From contig JADFQE010000002.1 in assembly GCA_022561985.1 (NCBI GenBank), positions 697 to 64,696 on the forward strand: a stretch of DNA of 64,000 nucleotides, given 5' to 3'. Numbering within the stretch: position 1 is the stretch's first letter; every line of letters starts with the position of its first letter. A program made the position numbers and the translations under genes. Source of the stretch: Chloroflexota bacterium. Its GTDB lineage: Bacteria > Chloroflexota > Dehalococcoidia > Lucifugimonadales > Australimonadaceae. Positions 1 to 9,155 of the stretch are shown here, piece by piece. The notes beneath the pieces were generated by a model. It worked only from the letters and a program-made list of their open reading frames with translations, had not been told where the DNA came from and ran no database searches.

Positions 1-348
1 GCGCTCCCGCCGCGCACCGGCGGCGCGTACGAGAAGCTGGCGAACCGCGCGTCGCACTTCGCCATCGTCGGCGTCGCCGCGCTCGTGACGCTCGATGCGG
101 CGGGCGCGTGCTCGCGCGTGCGGATCGGCGTGACCGGCGCCGGCCCCGCGGCCGGCCGGGCGCGGCGCGCGGAGCGCTACCTGACGGGCAGGGCACCGAC
201 GCCCGCCGCCCTCGAAGCGGCGGCGGCACGGGCGGGCCACGGCATCGACTTCACGGACGACCTGCACGGGTCGGCCGCCTACCGCGAGCACCTCACCCAT
301 CGCCTCGCGTTGCGGGCACTCATCGCGGCGGCCGAGCGAGCGGGCTGA
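1..348 (+). CDS. FAD-binding medium subunit (CoxM/XdhB-like) of a xanthine dehydrogenase / aerobic CO dehydrogenase family molybdoenzyme, C-terminal part (5' end outside window)
   Basis: Frame 1 is open from base 1. The tail ...YEKLANRASHFAIVGVAA...DDLHGSAAYREHLTHRLALRAL matches the CO-dehydrogenase flavoprotein C-terminal domain. Its TGA stop overlaps the ATG of the next gene (TGATG at 346-350). Confidence 0.7.
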   Translation, partial: ALPPRTGGAYEKLANRASHFAIVGVAALVTLDAAGACSRVRIGVTGAGPAAGRARRAERYLTGRAPTPAALEAAAARAGHGIDFTDDLHGSAAYREHLTHRLALRALIAAAERAG

Positions 349-2648
349 TGGCCGGCGCAACGCCATACCGAGGGAGGCCGCTGCGGCGCTTCGAGGACGA
401 GCGGCTGCTCCGGGGCGAGGGGTCCTTCGTCGACGACATGCACCGCCCCGGCATGCTGCACGCCTCGGTGCTCCGCAGTCCGCACGCCCACGCGCGGATA
501 CGCTCCGTGGACGCATCCCGCGCTCGCGCGATGGCGGGCGTGGTCGCGGTGCTGACGGGGGATGACGTACACGGGGTGCTGCCCAACATCGCCGCGGTCC
601 GCCGGGAGGGGATGGGCGAGACGCCCATCCCGGAGCATCCGGTGCTGGCGCATGAGCGCGTCTGCTACGTCGGCCAGCCCGTGGCCATCGCGGTGGCCGA
701 GGACCGCTACGCCGCGAGGGACGCGCTCGATCTGATCGAGGTGAGCTACGAGCCGCTGGAGCCGCTGCTGGACCCGCGCGCGGCGGCCGAGCCGGACGCT
801 CCGCTGCTGCACGCAGGAGGGGGCTCGAACGTCGTGCTGCGCACAGCGGCCGGCGCGGGCGACGTGGAGGGCGCGTTCGCGGCCGCGGACCACGTCGTGC
901 GCGCCAGCTTCGAGGTGCCGCGCCTGGCCGCGGTGCCGATGGAGTGCCGCGCCACGCTGGCCGAGTATGACGTGAGCACGGACACCCTCACGGTGTGGAC
1001 GTCGACGCAGGTGCCGCACCGCGTGAAGACGTACCTCGCCAACCTGCTGCCGGAGGCGCCGAGCCACATCCGCGTCATCGCGCCGGACGTGGGTGGCGGG
1101 TTCGGCCGCAAGATAGAGGTGTGGCCCGAGGAGGTCGCGCTCGCGTATCTGGCCCAGCAGCTCGGGCGGCCCGTGAAGTGGGCCGAGGACCGCTCCGAGA
1201 ACGTCGTGACGGGCCACGGCCGCGGCTTCACGGCGGACGTCGAAGCGGCGGTCGCCTCGGACGGGCGCGTGCTCGGCATGCGCTTCCGCATGCTGGCCGA
1301 CCTGGGGGCGTTCTTCCTGACGTCCACCGGCGGCCCACCCGGCAACGCGGTGCAGCGCGTCGCCGGCCCCTACGCGATCGAGGCGATGGACGTCGAATGC
1401 CTGGGCGTCGTGACGAACCGCCCGCCGACGGGCCCCTACCGCGGCGCTGGCGGCCCGGAGGCGGCGGTGCTCATCGAGCGCACGATGGACCTGATCGCCG
1501 CGGAGCTTGGGATGGACCCGGTCGAGCTGCGCAGGCGCAACTTCATCCCCGCCGACGCCTTCCCCTATGAGACGGCCACGGGGCTCACGTACGACTCGGG
1601 CGACTTCGGACGCGCGCTTGAGCGCGTGCTGGAGCTCGCGGGCTACGACGAGGTCCGCGAGCGCCAGCGCGCCGCGGGCGGGGACGGCCCGCTGATCGGG
1701 ATCGGCGTGGCCACGATCGTCAAAGCATCGGGCGGCAAGGCGAACGTGCGGAACGGCGAGGCGCGCGTGGAGATCGACGCCACCGGCCGGGTGACCATCT
1801 ACACGGACGTCTCGCCCCACGGCCAGGGCATCGAGACCTCCTTCGCGCAGATCGCGGCCGACCTGCTTGGCGTGCCGCCGGAGGATGTCTCGGTCCGTCA
1901 CGGCGACACCGACATGCTGGCGACCGGCGGCGGGACGACCTCGAGCCGGGGGCTGGCCGTCGGTGGATCGGCCGCCTACCTCGCGCTCGAGCAGGCGCAA
2001 GAACGCCTCACGCGGGCCGCCGCAACGCTGCTCGGCTGCGCGCCCGCCGACGTTTCACTCGCCGATGGGGCCGCGACGGCCGCACCCCCAGGGGCATCCA
2101 CCGGGCGGGTGCCGATCGGGGAGGTCGCGGCCGCCGCCCACCGGGAGGACGGCGAGCTCGTCTTCTCCGCGTCCTACACGCTGCCGGCGAACCCCTTCGC
2201 CTTCGCGGCGCACGCGGCGGTGGTCGAAATCGACCGCGATACCGGCGACGTCGCGCTGGTGCGCTTCGCCGCGGTGCACGACTGCGGCCGGATCATCAAC
2301 CCGATGATCGTCCGCGGCCAGATCCACGGAGGCATCACGCAGGGCATCGGCCAGGCGCTCTCCGAGGCGATGGTGTACGACGACGACGGGCAGCCGCTGA
2401 CGGGCAGCCTGATGACCTACGGCATCCCCACCGCCGAGACGACGCCGTCGTTCATCCTCGACCATATCGAGTCGCCGTCGCCGACCAACCCGCTGGGGAT
2501 CAAGGGCATCGGCGAGCTGCCAACAGTGGCCGCGCCGGTGGCGGTCGCCAACGCCGTCATGGACGCCCTCCGTGCGACGGCGACCCGGCACATCGACATG
2601 CCGCTGCTGCCGGAAAAGGTCTGGCGCGCGCTGCGCGAGGGCGCCTAG
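348..2648 (+). CDS. Molybdopterin-binding large subunit (CoxL/XdhA-like), xanthine dehydrogenase family; not a form I CO dehydrogenase
   Basis: 766 aa starting at the ATG at 348, inside ORF 108..2648. The N-terminus RFEDERLLRGEGSFVDDM..LHASVLRSPHAHARI is typical of aldehyde oxidase/XDH a/b-hammerhead proteins. The active-site loop reads PYRGAGGPE, not AYxCSFR. It is translationally coupled to the upstream subunit. Confidence 0.85.
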   Translation: MAGATPYRGRPLRRFEDERLLRGEGSFVDDMHRPGMLHASVLRSPHAHARIRSVDASRARAMAGVVAVLTGDDVHGVLPNIAAVRREGMGETPIPEHPVLAHERVCYVGQPVAIAVAEDRYAARDALDLIEVSYEPLEPLLDPRAAAEPDAPLLHAGGGSNVVLRTAAGAGDVEGAFAAADHVVRASFEVPRLAAVPMECRATLAEYDVSTDTLTVWTSTQVPHRVKTYLANLLPEAPSHIRVIAPDVGGGFGRKIEVWPEEVALAYLAQQLGRPVKWAEDRSENVVTGHGRGFTADVEAAVASDGRVLGMRFRMLADLGAFFLTSTGGPPGNAVQRVAGPYAIEAMDVECLGVVTNRPPTGPYRGAGGPEAAVLIERTMDLIAAELGMDPVELRRRNFIPADAFPYETATGLTYDSGDFGRALERVLELAGYDEVRERQRAAGGDGPLIGIGVATIVKASGGKANVRNGEARVEIDATGRVTIYTDVSPHGQGIETSFAQIAADLLGVPPEDVSVRHGDTDMLATGGGTTSSRGLAVGGSAAYLALEQAQERLTRAAATLLGCAPADVSLADGAATAAPPGASTGRVPIGEVAAAAHREDGELVFSASYTLPANPFAFAAHAAVVEIDRDTGDVALVRFAAVHDCGRIINPMIVRGQIHGGITQGIGQALSEAMVYDDDGQPLTGSLMTYGIPTAETTPSFILDHIESPSPTNPLGIKGIGELPTVAAPVAVANAVMDALRATATRHIDMPLLPEKVWRALREGA

Positions 2649-2764
2649 CAGGGGAGGGCGCGGCGCCTCTTTACAGTGACCGAAGCCCACGGTAGTGTTC
2701 CGAAGTGTCCCACCCGCAGACGCGGGGCGGGCGCATACGGCTCCACGGCCCCCTGAAGGCATCG

Positions 2765-3205
2765 ATGGCGACCACTTCCAAGTCACCGCTCAGCGAAACG
2801 ATCCAGGCCAGGGCCCGCGGCGTGCGGCGTAGCCTGAATGCCACGAACTTCATCTTCGTCCCGGCGACGCTCCCGGTCATCTGGTTCCTCGGTATCCCCC
2901 TGCTGATGCTCGTGTACATGAGCTTCCACACGGGCAACCCCATCGACGCCGGGGACTGGACGCTCCGGAACTACATCGGCACGTTCTTCGGCTTCATCAG
3001 CGGCTTCCGCTCCGTGACGATCCCGCTGATGCTGGCCACGCCCAGCACCGAGACCATCGGCGTCCTCCTGTTCCGGCTCATGGAGCGGGACGGCAACTTC
3101 GCCGGGATGGCCGCCCTCGGCATGATCATGGTGGTCTTCACCGGAGGTATCGGGATCGGGCTGCGCAAAGCGATCGAGAATGCGTTCGGTGGAACGCGCA
3201 GATAA
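2765..3205 (+). pseudogene. Remnant of a binding-protein-dependent ABC transporter permease (N-terminal TM1 region fused to the C-terminal TM region; internal part missing)
   Basis: ORF 2705..3205. The N-terminal part (..ATLPVIWFLGIPLLMLVYMSFHTGNPIDAGDWTLRNY) resembles the start of the intact 612-aa permease at 56964..58802. The tail (..IPLMLATPSTETIGVLLFRLMERDGNFAGMAALGMIMVVFTGGIGIG) resembles that permease's end. At ~146 aa it is far too short for a permease. Confidence 0.5.
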
Positions 3206-3232
3206 GCGACCCCCGGCGACAAGGAGAGATCA

Positions 3233-4387
3233 ATGACACAGCCATCGCAAGAGACCCCTCGGCGGAGCGGCCTGGTCTACGACGAATGGATGGAGTCCAT
3301 CGGCATCCCGATCCACCGGGGGCACTACCAGTCCGATCTGCGGACCCTGGAGCTGGGATGGTGGGAGGACCGGGGGTGCAACGCCGCCTTCCTGCAGATG
3401 AAGGGCATGGAGGGCGTGAGCGAGGCCCGGATCATCGAGATCCCACCGGGCAAGACGCTGCCGCCGCTCAAGATGGCCATCGGCGAGACGATCTACGTGC
3501 TCTCCGGCTCCGGCCTGGCGAGCGTCTGGGCGGGCGAGGGGCCCAAGACGAGCTTCGAGTGGGGTCCGCACGCGATGTTCCACGTGCCGCGCTACGCCTA
3601 CGCCCAGCTCTCGAACGCCCGGGGCGACCAGCCCGCGCGTCTGCTCCACTACAACTACATGCCCATGGCCATGACGGTCGTGCCTGACCCCGACTTCTTC
3701 TTCAACAACCCGTATGAGGAGCCGAGCCTGCTCTACGGGCAGGGTGGGAACCCCTACTCCTCGGCCCACGCGGTGCTCGGCGCCGGTGCGAAGGACAAAG
3801 CGGCCGAGGCCGAGGGGGCCGTGAGGGACGACAGCATCACGGCGGCGTCCCACGGCGGCGCGTGGTGGGTCGGCAACTTCTTCCCGGACATGGCCCAGTG
3901 GGACAAGCTCTCCCCGTACCGGGGCAGGGGCGCCGGTGGGTTCTCCGTCAAGATGATGTTCCCGCAGACGAACATGAGCGCAAGCATGTCCGTGTTCGAT
4001 GCGTCGATGTACAAGAAAGCGCACCTGCACGGTCCTGGGCGCGTCATCGTGATCCCCCGCGGCGAGGGCTACTCGCTGCTGACCGAGCCCGGCAAGGAGG
4101 CCGTCGTCTGCCCCTGGGGCGAGGCCGCGGTCTTCACGCCCCCCGGCGGCTGGTACCACCAGCACTTCAACCTCGGCACGGAGCCCGCGCGCTACCTCAA
4201 GTTCGGCCACCTGCCGCAGTTCGCGGGTGCGGGCGACTACCGCGACCAGATCGAGTACCCCGACGAGGCACCCAAGGTACGCGAGTACTTCGAGGCCGAG
4301 CTCGCCAAACGGGGCCGCGAGAGCCAGATGCCCGACATCGTCTACAAGGACCGCGACTTCGAGTGGGACTACGGCGACGAAGACTAG
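3233..4387 (+). CDS. Bicupin protein, paralog P1 (gentisate-dioxygenase-like two-barrel architecture; only the C-terminal barrel has a metal motif)
   Basis: 384 aa, with RBS AAGGAGAG upstream. The C-terminal barrel has KKAHLHGPG...PPGGWYHQHFN (cupin motifs 1 and 2). The N-terminal barrel lacks HxH. It is homologous to four other ORFs in the window. Confidence 0.8.
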   Translation: MTQPSQETPRRSGLVYDEWMESIGIPIHRGHYQSDLRTLELGWWEDRGCNAAFLQMKGMEGVSEARIIEIPPGKTLPPLKMAIGETIYVLSGSGLASVWAGEGPKTSFEWGPHAMFHVPRYAYAQLSNARGDQPARLLHYNYMPMAMTVVPDPDFFFNNPYEEPSLLYGQGGNPYSSAHAVLGAGAKDKAAEAEGAVRDDSITAASHGGAWWVGNFFPDMAQWDKLSPYRGRGAGGFSVKMMFPQTNMSASMSVFDASMYKKAHLHGPGRVIVIPRGEGYSLLTEPGKEAVVCPWGEAAVFTPPGGWYHQHFNLGTEPARYLKFGHLPQFAGAGDYRDQIEYPDEAPKVREYFEAELAKRGRESQMPDIVYKDRDFEWDYGDED

Positions 4388-4441
4388 CGGCGACCCCGCC
4401 CACCCGCACCACGGCGCACGCATGAGGAGAGGAGCGACACG

Positions 4442-5845
4442 ATGCTGACCAAAGAGCAGAACGACCGATTGACGAAGGTGGGGCCCGGCACGCCGATGGG
4501 CGAGCTGATGCGCCGCTACTGGCAGCCCATCGCCGCCTACGCGGAGCTGTCCGAGAACCCGACCAAGGCGATACGCCTGCTCGGCGAGGACCTGGTGCTC
4601 TTCAAGGACCGCTCGGGCACCCTCGGACTCCTCGAGGCCTCCTGCGCGCACCGCCGCGTCCACCTGCTCTACGGCATCCCCGAGGACAACGGTCTGCGCT
4701 GCCCCTACCACGGCTGGCTCTACGACTCGAGCGGCCAGTGCTTGGAGATGCCGGCCGAAGCGCCGGAGAGCACCTTCCCCTCCCGCGTGCAGCTCAAGGC
4801 GTACCCGGTCGAGGAGCTCGGCGGCCTCGTCTTCGCCTACCTCGGTCCCAAGCCGGTGCCGCTGGTGCCGCGGTGGGGGCCGTTCGTGCGCGAGGGCGTC
4901 CGGGACATCGGGTGGGCCATCGTGGGCTGCAACTGGCTCCAGGTCCAGGAGAACTCCCTGGACCCGATGCACGGCGAGTTCCTGCACCGCTACTTCTCCA
5001 ACTACGTGCTGGAGCGCCAGGGCTTCCTGAAGGACCGCGGCACGCTGGCGCATGGCCGCGACTACGTCGTCGCCGAGGACGCCGACAAGATCGAGGGCGG
5101 CTGGCGCGACCCGGCGAAGATCGCACACCACACGAAGGTCGGCTTCACCATCTTCGAGCACGGGATCTTGAAGCACCGGCTGATCCAGGGCGAGGACGAG
5201 GCGACGTCCCCCTCGTGGCGCATCGGCCACCCGATCCTGATCCCGAACTACGAGCACGGCGGCGGCGGCGGCGGCTTCCAGATCCGCGTGCCCATGGACG
5301 ACACGCACACCTACTACATCTGGTACAACGTCCGCGACGCCGTTGACCACGAGGACGCGCACCAGGCGCCGGAGGACATCCCCGTCTACCGCACGCCCAT
5401 GCCGGGCGTGGACGAGAACGGCATCCCGATCTGGGAGCTCTTCGACAACAACAGCGGCCAGGACCACATGGCGTGGCAGTCCCAGGGGCCGGTCACGCAG
5501 CGGTTCCTGGAGAAGCTCGGTCAGTCCGACGTCGGCGTCATCATGTTCCGGCGGCTGCTGAACGAGCAGATGGACATCGTCGAGGACGGCGGCGACCCCA
5601 TGAACGTCTTCCGCGACCCCGCCAAGAACCAGGAGATCATCCTGCACTTCGACGGCGAGGAGGGCGGCGCCGCCAACAACGAGGACGTCTACGGATACGG
5701 CGGCTCGCGGTCCACGAAGGTCTCGACGGGCTCCGCGGGCAAGTACAGCCCGATAGGCCGCGAGCGGGCCCGGCTGGCCGGGTCCCCGATACCGCCGACG
5801 CCGCGTCCTTTCGCCCGGGACATACCGACGAACTCGCCGGGCTAG
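4442..5845 (+). CDS. Rieske [2Fe-2S] aromatic ring-hydroxylating oxygenase, alpha subunit (phthalate-family, class IA type)
   Basis: The Rieske motif is CAHRRVHLLYG..(17)..CPYHGW. The mononuclear iron motif is NWLQVQENSLDPMHGEFLH (NWxxxxENxxDxxHxxxxH). 467 aa. Confidence 0.85.
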   Translation: MLTKEQNDRLTKVGPGTPMGELMRRYWQPIAAYAELSENPTKAIRLLGEDLVLFKDRSGTLGLLEASCAHRRVHLLYGIPEDNGLRCPYHGWLYDSSGQCLEMPAEAPESTFPSRVQLKAYPVEELGGLVFAYLGPKPVPLVPRWGPFVREGVRDIGWAIVGCNWLQVQENSLDPMHGEFLHRYFSNYVLERQGFLKDRGTLAHGRDYVVAEDADKIEGGWRDPAKIAHHTKVGFTIFEHGILKHRLIQGEDEATSPSWRIGHPILIPNYEHGGGGGGFQIRVPMDDTHTYYIWYNVRDAVDHEDAHQAPEDIPVYRTPMPGVDENGIPIWELFDNNSGQDHMAWQSQGPVTQRFLEKLGQSDVGVIMFRRLLNEQMDIVEDGGDPMNVFRDPAKNQEIILHFDGEEGGAANNEDVYGYGGSRSTKVSTGSAGKYSPIGRERARLAGSPIPPTPRPFARDIPTNSPG

Positions 5846-5877
5846 CCCCATCAGCACGCCATAAGCAGGAGGATCAC

Positions 5878-6090
5878 ATGGACATAACGAAGTTGAAGCC
5901 CGGCACGAGCGTCGTCACATCCTCAGGCGACGTGGTGGAGCTGCTCGAGGTGCTCGGAGGCGGTTTGTCGGCGCGCGTGCGCTTCTCCGACCCGACGAGC
6001 TCGTCCCCCGCGGCGAAGGGCTCCGAGTCGGAGATCGGCTGCGACGACATCATGACCCTCGCCGGCGAGCGGTTCGTCGGCCCCATCTAG
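5878..6090 (+). CDS. Small hypothetical protein (70 aa) downstream of the Rieske oxygenase
   Basis: An ATG is preceded by AGGAGG 6 nt upstream. It lies in the same operon-like run as 3233 and 4442. No recognisable domain and no Cys cluster. Confidence 0.45.
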   Translation: MDITKLKPGTSVVTSSGDVVELLEVLGGGLSARVRFSDPTSSSPAAKGSESEIGCDDIMTLAGERFVGPI

Positions 6091-6195
6091 GCGCCAGACC
6101 CTCAAGGCGCCCGGCCCCGCCCCGGTCCCCGAGCAGTCCACTCGCAGAGCGGCCCGCTCTCTAGGCAGCCCGCTTTCTAGGCAGAAGGTCTATCT

Positions 6196-7310
6196 ATGCT
6201 TCGTGTCGAGAATCTGAAGAAGGTCTTCAACATCGACGGCCAGGAGGACGTCCAGGCCCTTCGTGGCGTGAGCTTCTCCATCTTACCGGGGGAGTTCTTC
6301 ACGCTGCTCGGGCCCAGCGGCTCCGGGAAGTCCACCCTGATCCGCTGCGTCGCCGGGCTCGAATCCCCCGAGGACGGAGAGATCTACATCGGCGACGTGC
6401 TCGTCTATTCGAAGCAGAAGAACGTCTACGTCCCCACGGAGCAGCGTCCCATCGGCATGGTGTTTCAGTCCTACGCCATCTGGCCGCACATGAGCGTGTT
6501 CGACAACGTGGCGTTCCCCCTGATCCACGGCGCGAGGAGCCGGGCGGACCGCGTGCCCAGGAGCGAGGTGCAGGGCCGCGTCCACGAGGCGCTGAGCCTC
6601 GTGAAGCTCCAGGACTTCGGCAAGCGCGGACCACGCAGCTCAGCGGCGGCCAGCAGCAGCGCGTCGCCCTCGCCCGGGCGCTCGTCGCCAAGCCGCGGCT
6701 GCTGCTGCTCGACGAGCCGCTCTCCAACCTGGACGCGAAGCTGCGCGAGGAGACGCGCGAGGAGCTCAAGGACCTGGTGGGCCCGCTCGACATCACGACC
6801 CTCTACGTCACCCACGACCAGGCCGAGGCGCTGACCATGTCGGACCGCATCGGCGTGATGCGCGACGGCAACCTGCTCGGGATCGGCACGCCGTACGAGC
6901 TCTACGCCGCGCCGCCCAGCAAGGACATCGCCGCCTTCATCGGGACCGCGAATTTCTTGGAGGGCACGCTCAAGCGGACCGACGGGCTCGCGACGGTCGA
7001 TACGGAGATCGGGAGCGTCCGCGTCACGCTCCCCGGCGACGCCGCCTCCCTGGAGGACGGGGTGACGGTGAGCGTGCTGGTCCGCCCCGAGTCGGTGAGC
7101 TGCACCGTCGGGGAGAAGGTTGCTGCGGACGCCGTGAACGTCTACGCCGGCACGATCCGCCGGGTCCAATTCCTTGGCAACACCATCGACGCCGACGTGC
7201 ACATCAACGGCACCGTCCTGCATGCGTCCCTCGCCGCGGCGGCACCACCGCAAGACGGCGACGTCGTCAGCGTCCATCTCCCTCCCGATGAGTGCAGGGT
7301 CGTCATCTAG
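6196..7310 (+). pseudogene. ABC transporter ATP-binding protein (PotA/FbpC/MalK-type importer ATPase) with a 1-nt frameshift
   Basis: ORF 6196..6834 carries Walker A (GPSGSGKST) and the Q-loop, then runs into nonsense. ORF 6777..7310 in another frame carries ..LLLLDEPLSNLDAKLR.. and the C-terminal regulatory domain. Adding one base after 6632 restores FGKRGPTQLSGGQQQRVALARAL. Confidence 0.8.
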
Positions 7311-7380
7311 CCGATGTAACCTGCACGTGGCCAGGAGCGCGTGATACGGACCTGCGTAAGAACCTGATGGTCGAAAGCGT

Positions 7381-8883
7381 TTGCCTTTGTCCGAGCACCA
7401 ACCGAACAACGACGCCAGCGAGGGCACCCCGAGCGCGGGATCACGCGCGCCGGATGGTGCTTCGTCCGGCATCGGGACCGATATCGACCTCGGTGCAGCA
7501 CGCGCCGAGCGCCGTGGGCGCCGCTCCGTCCGCCACACCCGCGACCTGACCAAGGGGACCGTGCCCAGGAACCTCTGGTTCCTGGCGTGGCCCCAGATGG
7601 TCGAGGGCATCTTCAACTCCCTGGACCAGATGGTGGACCTGTTCTGGGCGGGCCGCGTCGTCGGCTTCAGGGCCATCGGCGGCATCGGTGCGGCGCAGGC
7701 CTACGCCCACCTCATCATGATGGCGCGCACGGGCATCGACATCAGCATGCAGGCGATGATCTCGCGCGCGGTCGGGTCCGGCCGCATGGACGTGGCCACC
7801 CATGTCGCCATCCAGGGCCTCGTGCTGACGGTCCTCCTTTCATCGGTGCTGGCGGTCGGCGGAGTCTTGATCGCGGAGCCCCTGCTGCACATCCTCGCGC
7901 TCAGCGACGAGGTCATCGCGATCACCATCGTCTATCTCCAGTTCCAGTTCGCCGGCTCGGCTGTCCAGGGGTGGCGCAAGAGCGCGGAGGCGACGCTGCA
8001 GGCCTCCGGCGACGTGATGACACCGATGAAGGCGACGCTCCTGGCGCGGGGCATCCACATCGCGATCACGCCGGTCCTGATCTTCGGCTGGTTCGGAGCG
8101 CCCGAGATGGGCATCGCCGGCGCGGCCGCGGCCAACATCTTCGCGCAGGGGGTCGGGTTCGTCTGGAACCTCTACGCGCTCTTCGCCGGCCGCTCGCTGC
8201 TCAAGCTGACGCTCCGGGGCTACCACCTCGACGTGCCGCTGATGTGGCGGATGATAAGGCTCGGGCTCCCGGCCAGCGGCACGCAGCTCGAGCGGGGGTT
8301 GTCGGAGCTGATGCTCGTCCGGCTGGTCGCGCCCTTCGGGGACATCGCGCTGGGGGCGTACTCGCTCACGCGCAGGCTGGAGCGGCTGACGCACATCGGC
8401 AGCATGGGCATGGGCCGCGCGTCGGGCATCCTCGTCGGCCAGAACCTGGGTGCCGGATACGTGGAGAGGGCCAAGAGCACCGTCCGGTGGGCGGTGGGCT
8501 ACGTGCTGGCGATCCGGGGGGCCGCCGGCATCGTGCTGTTCCTGGCGCCCGCCGTCTTCATCGGTATCTTCAACCAGGACCCCGTCTTCCTGGCCGTGGC
8601 GATCATCTGGATCCGTATCCAGGCCATCTCAGGCATGCTCCTGGGAGGCGGGCAGGTGCTCCAGCAGTCGTTCAACGTCGCCGGCGACACGATGGCGCCG
8701 CTGCTCATCACGTTCATGAGCATGTGGGTCCTCGAGGTCCCCGCAGCCTTCCTGCTCTCGCAGTTCACCCCGCTCGGCCAGTACGGCATCCCCGTCGCCA
8801 TCGGCCTGGCGATGTTCCTCCGCCTCGGCCTCTACGCGCTGTACTACCGCACCGGCCGCTGGACCCGCGTGAAGGTCCTCTAA
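7381..8883 (+). CDS. MATE family efflux transporter
   Basis: About 12 TM segments. The motif ..NLWFLAWPQMVEGIFNSLDQMVDLFWAGR.. is typical of MATE N-termini. The start codon is uncertain (TTG at 7381 is the ORF limit). Confidence 0.8.
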   Translation: MPLSEHQPNNDASEGTPSAGSRAPDGASSGIGTDIDLGAARAERRGRRSVRHTRDLTKGTVPRNLWFLAWPQMVEGIFNSLDQMVDLFWAGRVVGFRAIGGIGAAQAYAHLIMMARTGIDISMQAMISRAVGSGRMDVATHVAIQGLVLTVLLSSVLAVGGVLIAEPLLHILALSDEVIAITIVYLQFQFAGSAVQGWRKSAEATLQASGDVMTPMKATLLARGIHIAITPVLIFGWFGAPEMGIAGAAAANIFAQGVGFVWNLYALFAGRSLLKLTLRGYHLDVPLMWRMIRLGLPASGTQLERGLSELMLVRLVAPFGDIALGAYSLTRRLERLTHIGSMGMGRASGILVGQNLGAGYVERAKSTVRWAVGYVLAIRGAAGIVLFLAPAVFIGIFNQDPVFLAVAIIWIRIQAISGMLLGGGQVLQQSFNVAGDTMAPLLITFMSMWVLEVPAAFLLSQFTPLGQYGIPVAIGLAMFLRLGLYALYYRTGRWTRVKVL

Positions 8884-8910
8884 GCAGGGCACAGCCCTGC
8901 ACCCACTCGC
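8884..8910 (+). terminator. Stop-adjacent hairpin element (GCAGGGC-ACA-GCCCTGC followed by ACCCACTCGC), copy 1
   Basis: It starts immediately after the TAA stop of the MATE gene. The same element recurs at 10211, 12696, 18731 and 43541. Confidence 0.5.
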
Positions 8911-9043
8911 TGCCGCGTGGCGATAGCGGCGCGGCTTGTTACGGACCGAGGGCGCGATGGATCGCGCCCCTACAGGTCGTCTGCCGGGTCCGGCCAGCGC
9001 TCAGCAGGGTCGTGAACAAGCGCCGGCCGACAAGCGCAAAGGC

Positions 9044-9146
9044 CTGCCCCGCAAGACGGCCGCAGCAGCGCGTGCCGCTTCAGTCCGGAGCCGTCCTTCG
9101 ACAGGCTCAGGATGAGCGGATTGAGAGGGCAGGCGCACAGTCAGAC
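9044..9146 (-). repeat. Intergenic repeat family A, single inverted copy
   Basis: It is the reverse complement of the 109-bp unit found at 18383-18668 (..CTGACTGTGCGCCTGCCCTCTCAATCCGCTCATCCTGAGCCTGTCGAAGGACGGCTCCGGACTGAAGCGGCACGCGCTGCT..). Confidence 0.8.
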
Positions 9147-9155
9147 GAGGTCTTG

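Noticed and set aside
348-2648. Calling the CoxL-like gene a true carbon monoxide dehydrogenase.
   Set aside because: The active-site loop is PYRGAGGPE rather than the form I AYxCSFR signature, and no coxS or accessory genes are visible. Only family-level assignment is supported.
3230-5857. An 875-aa ORF antisense to the bicupin and Rieske genes. Similar long ORFs are 279..2000(-), 18735..20420(+), 26266..28848(+), 28961..30850(+), 33620..35209(-), 55674..59030(+) and 60713..62467(+).
   Set aside because: They are Arg/Ala/Pro/Gly-rich low-information translations of the kind expected on the opposite strand of genes in very GC-rich DNA. In every case the other strand encodes a protein with clear family motifs, RBSs and operon-like spacing.
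6600-6660. Programmed ribosomal frameshifting in the ABC ATPase (also considered at 53537 in the ELWxxDGT gene).
   Set aside because: No slippery heptamer or stimulatory structure lies at either site. A 1-nt deletion and a 4-bp duplication explain the shifts more simply, and a sequencing error remains possible.
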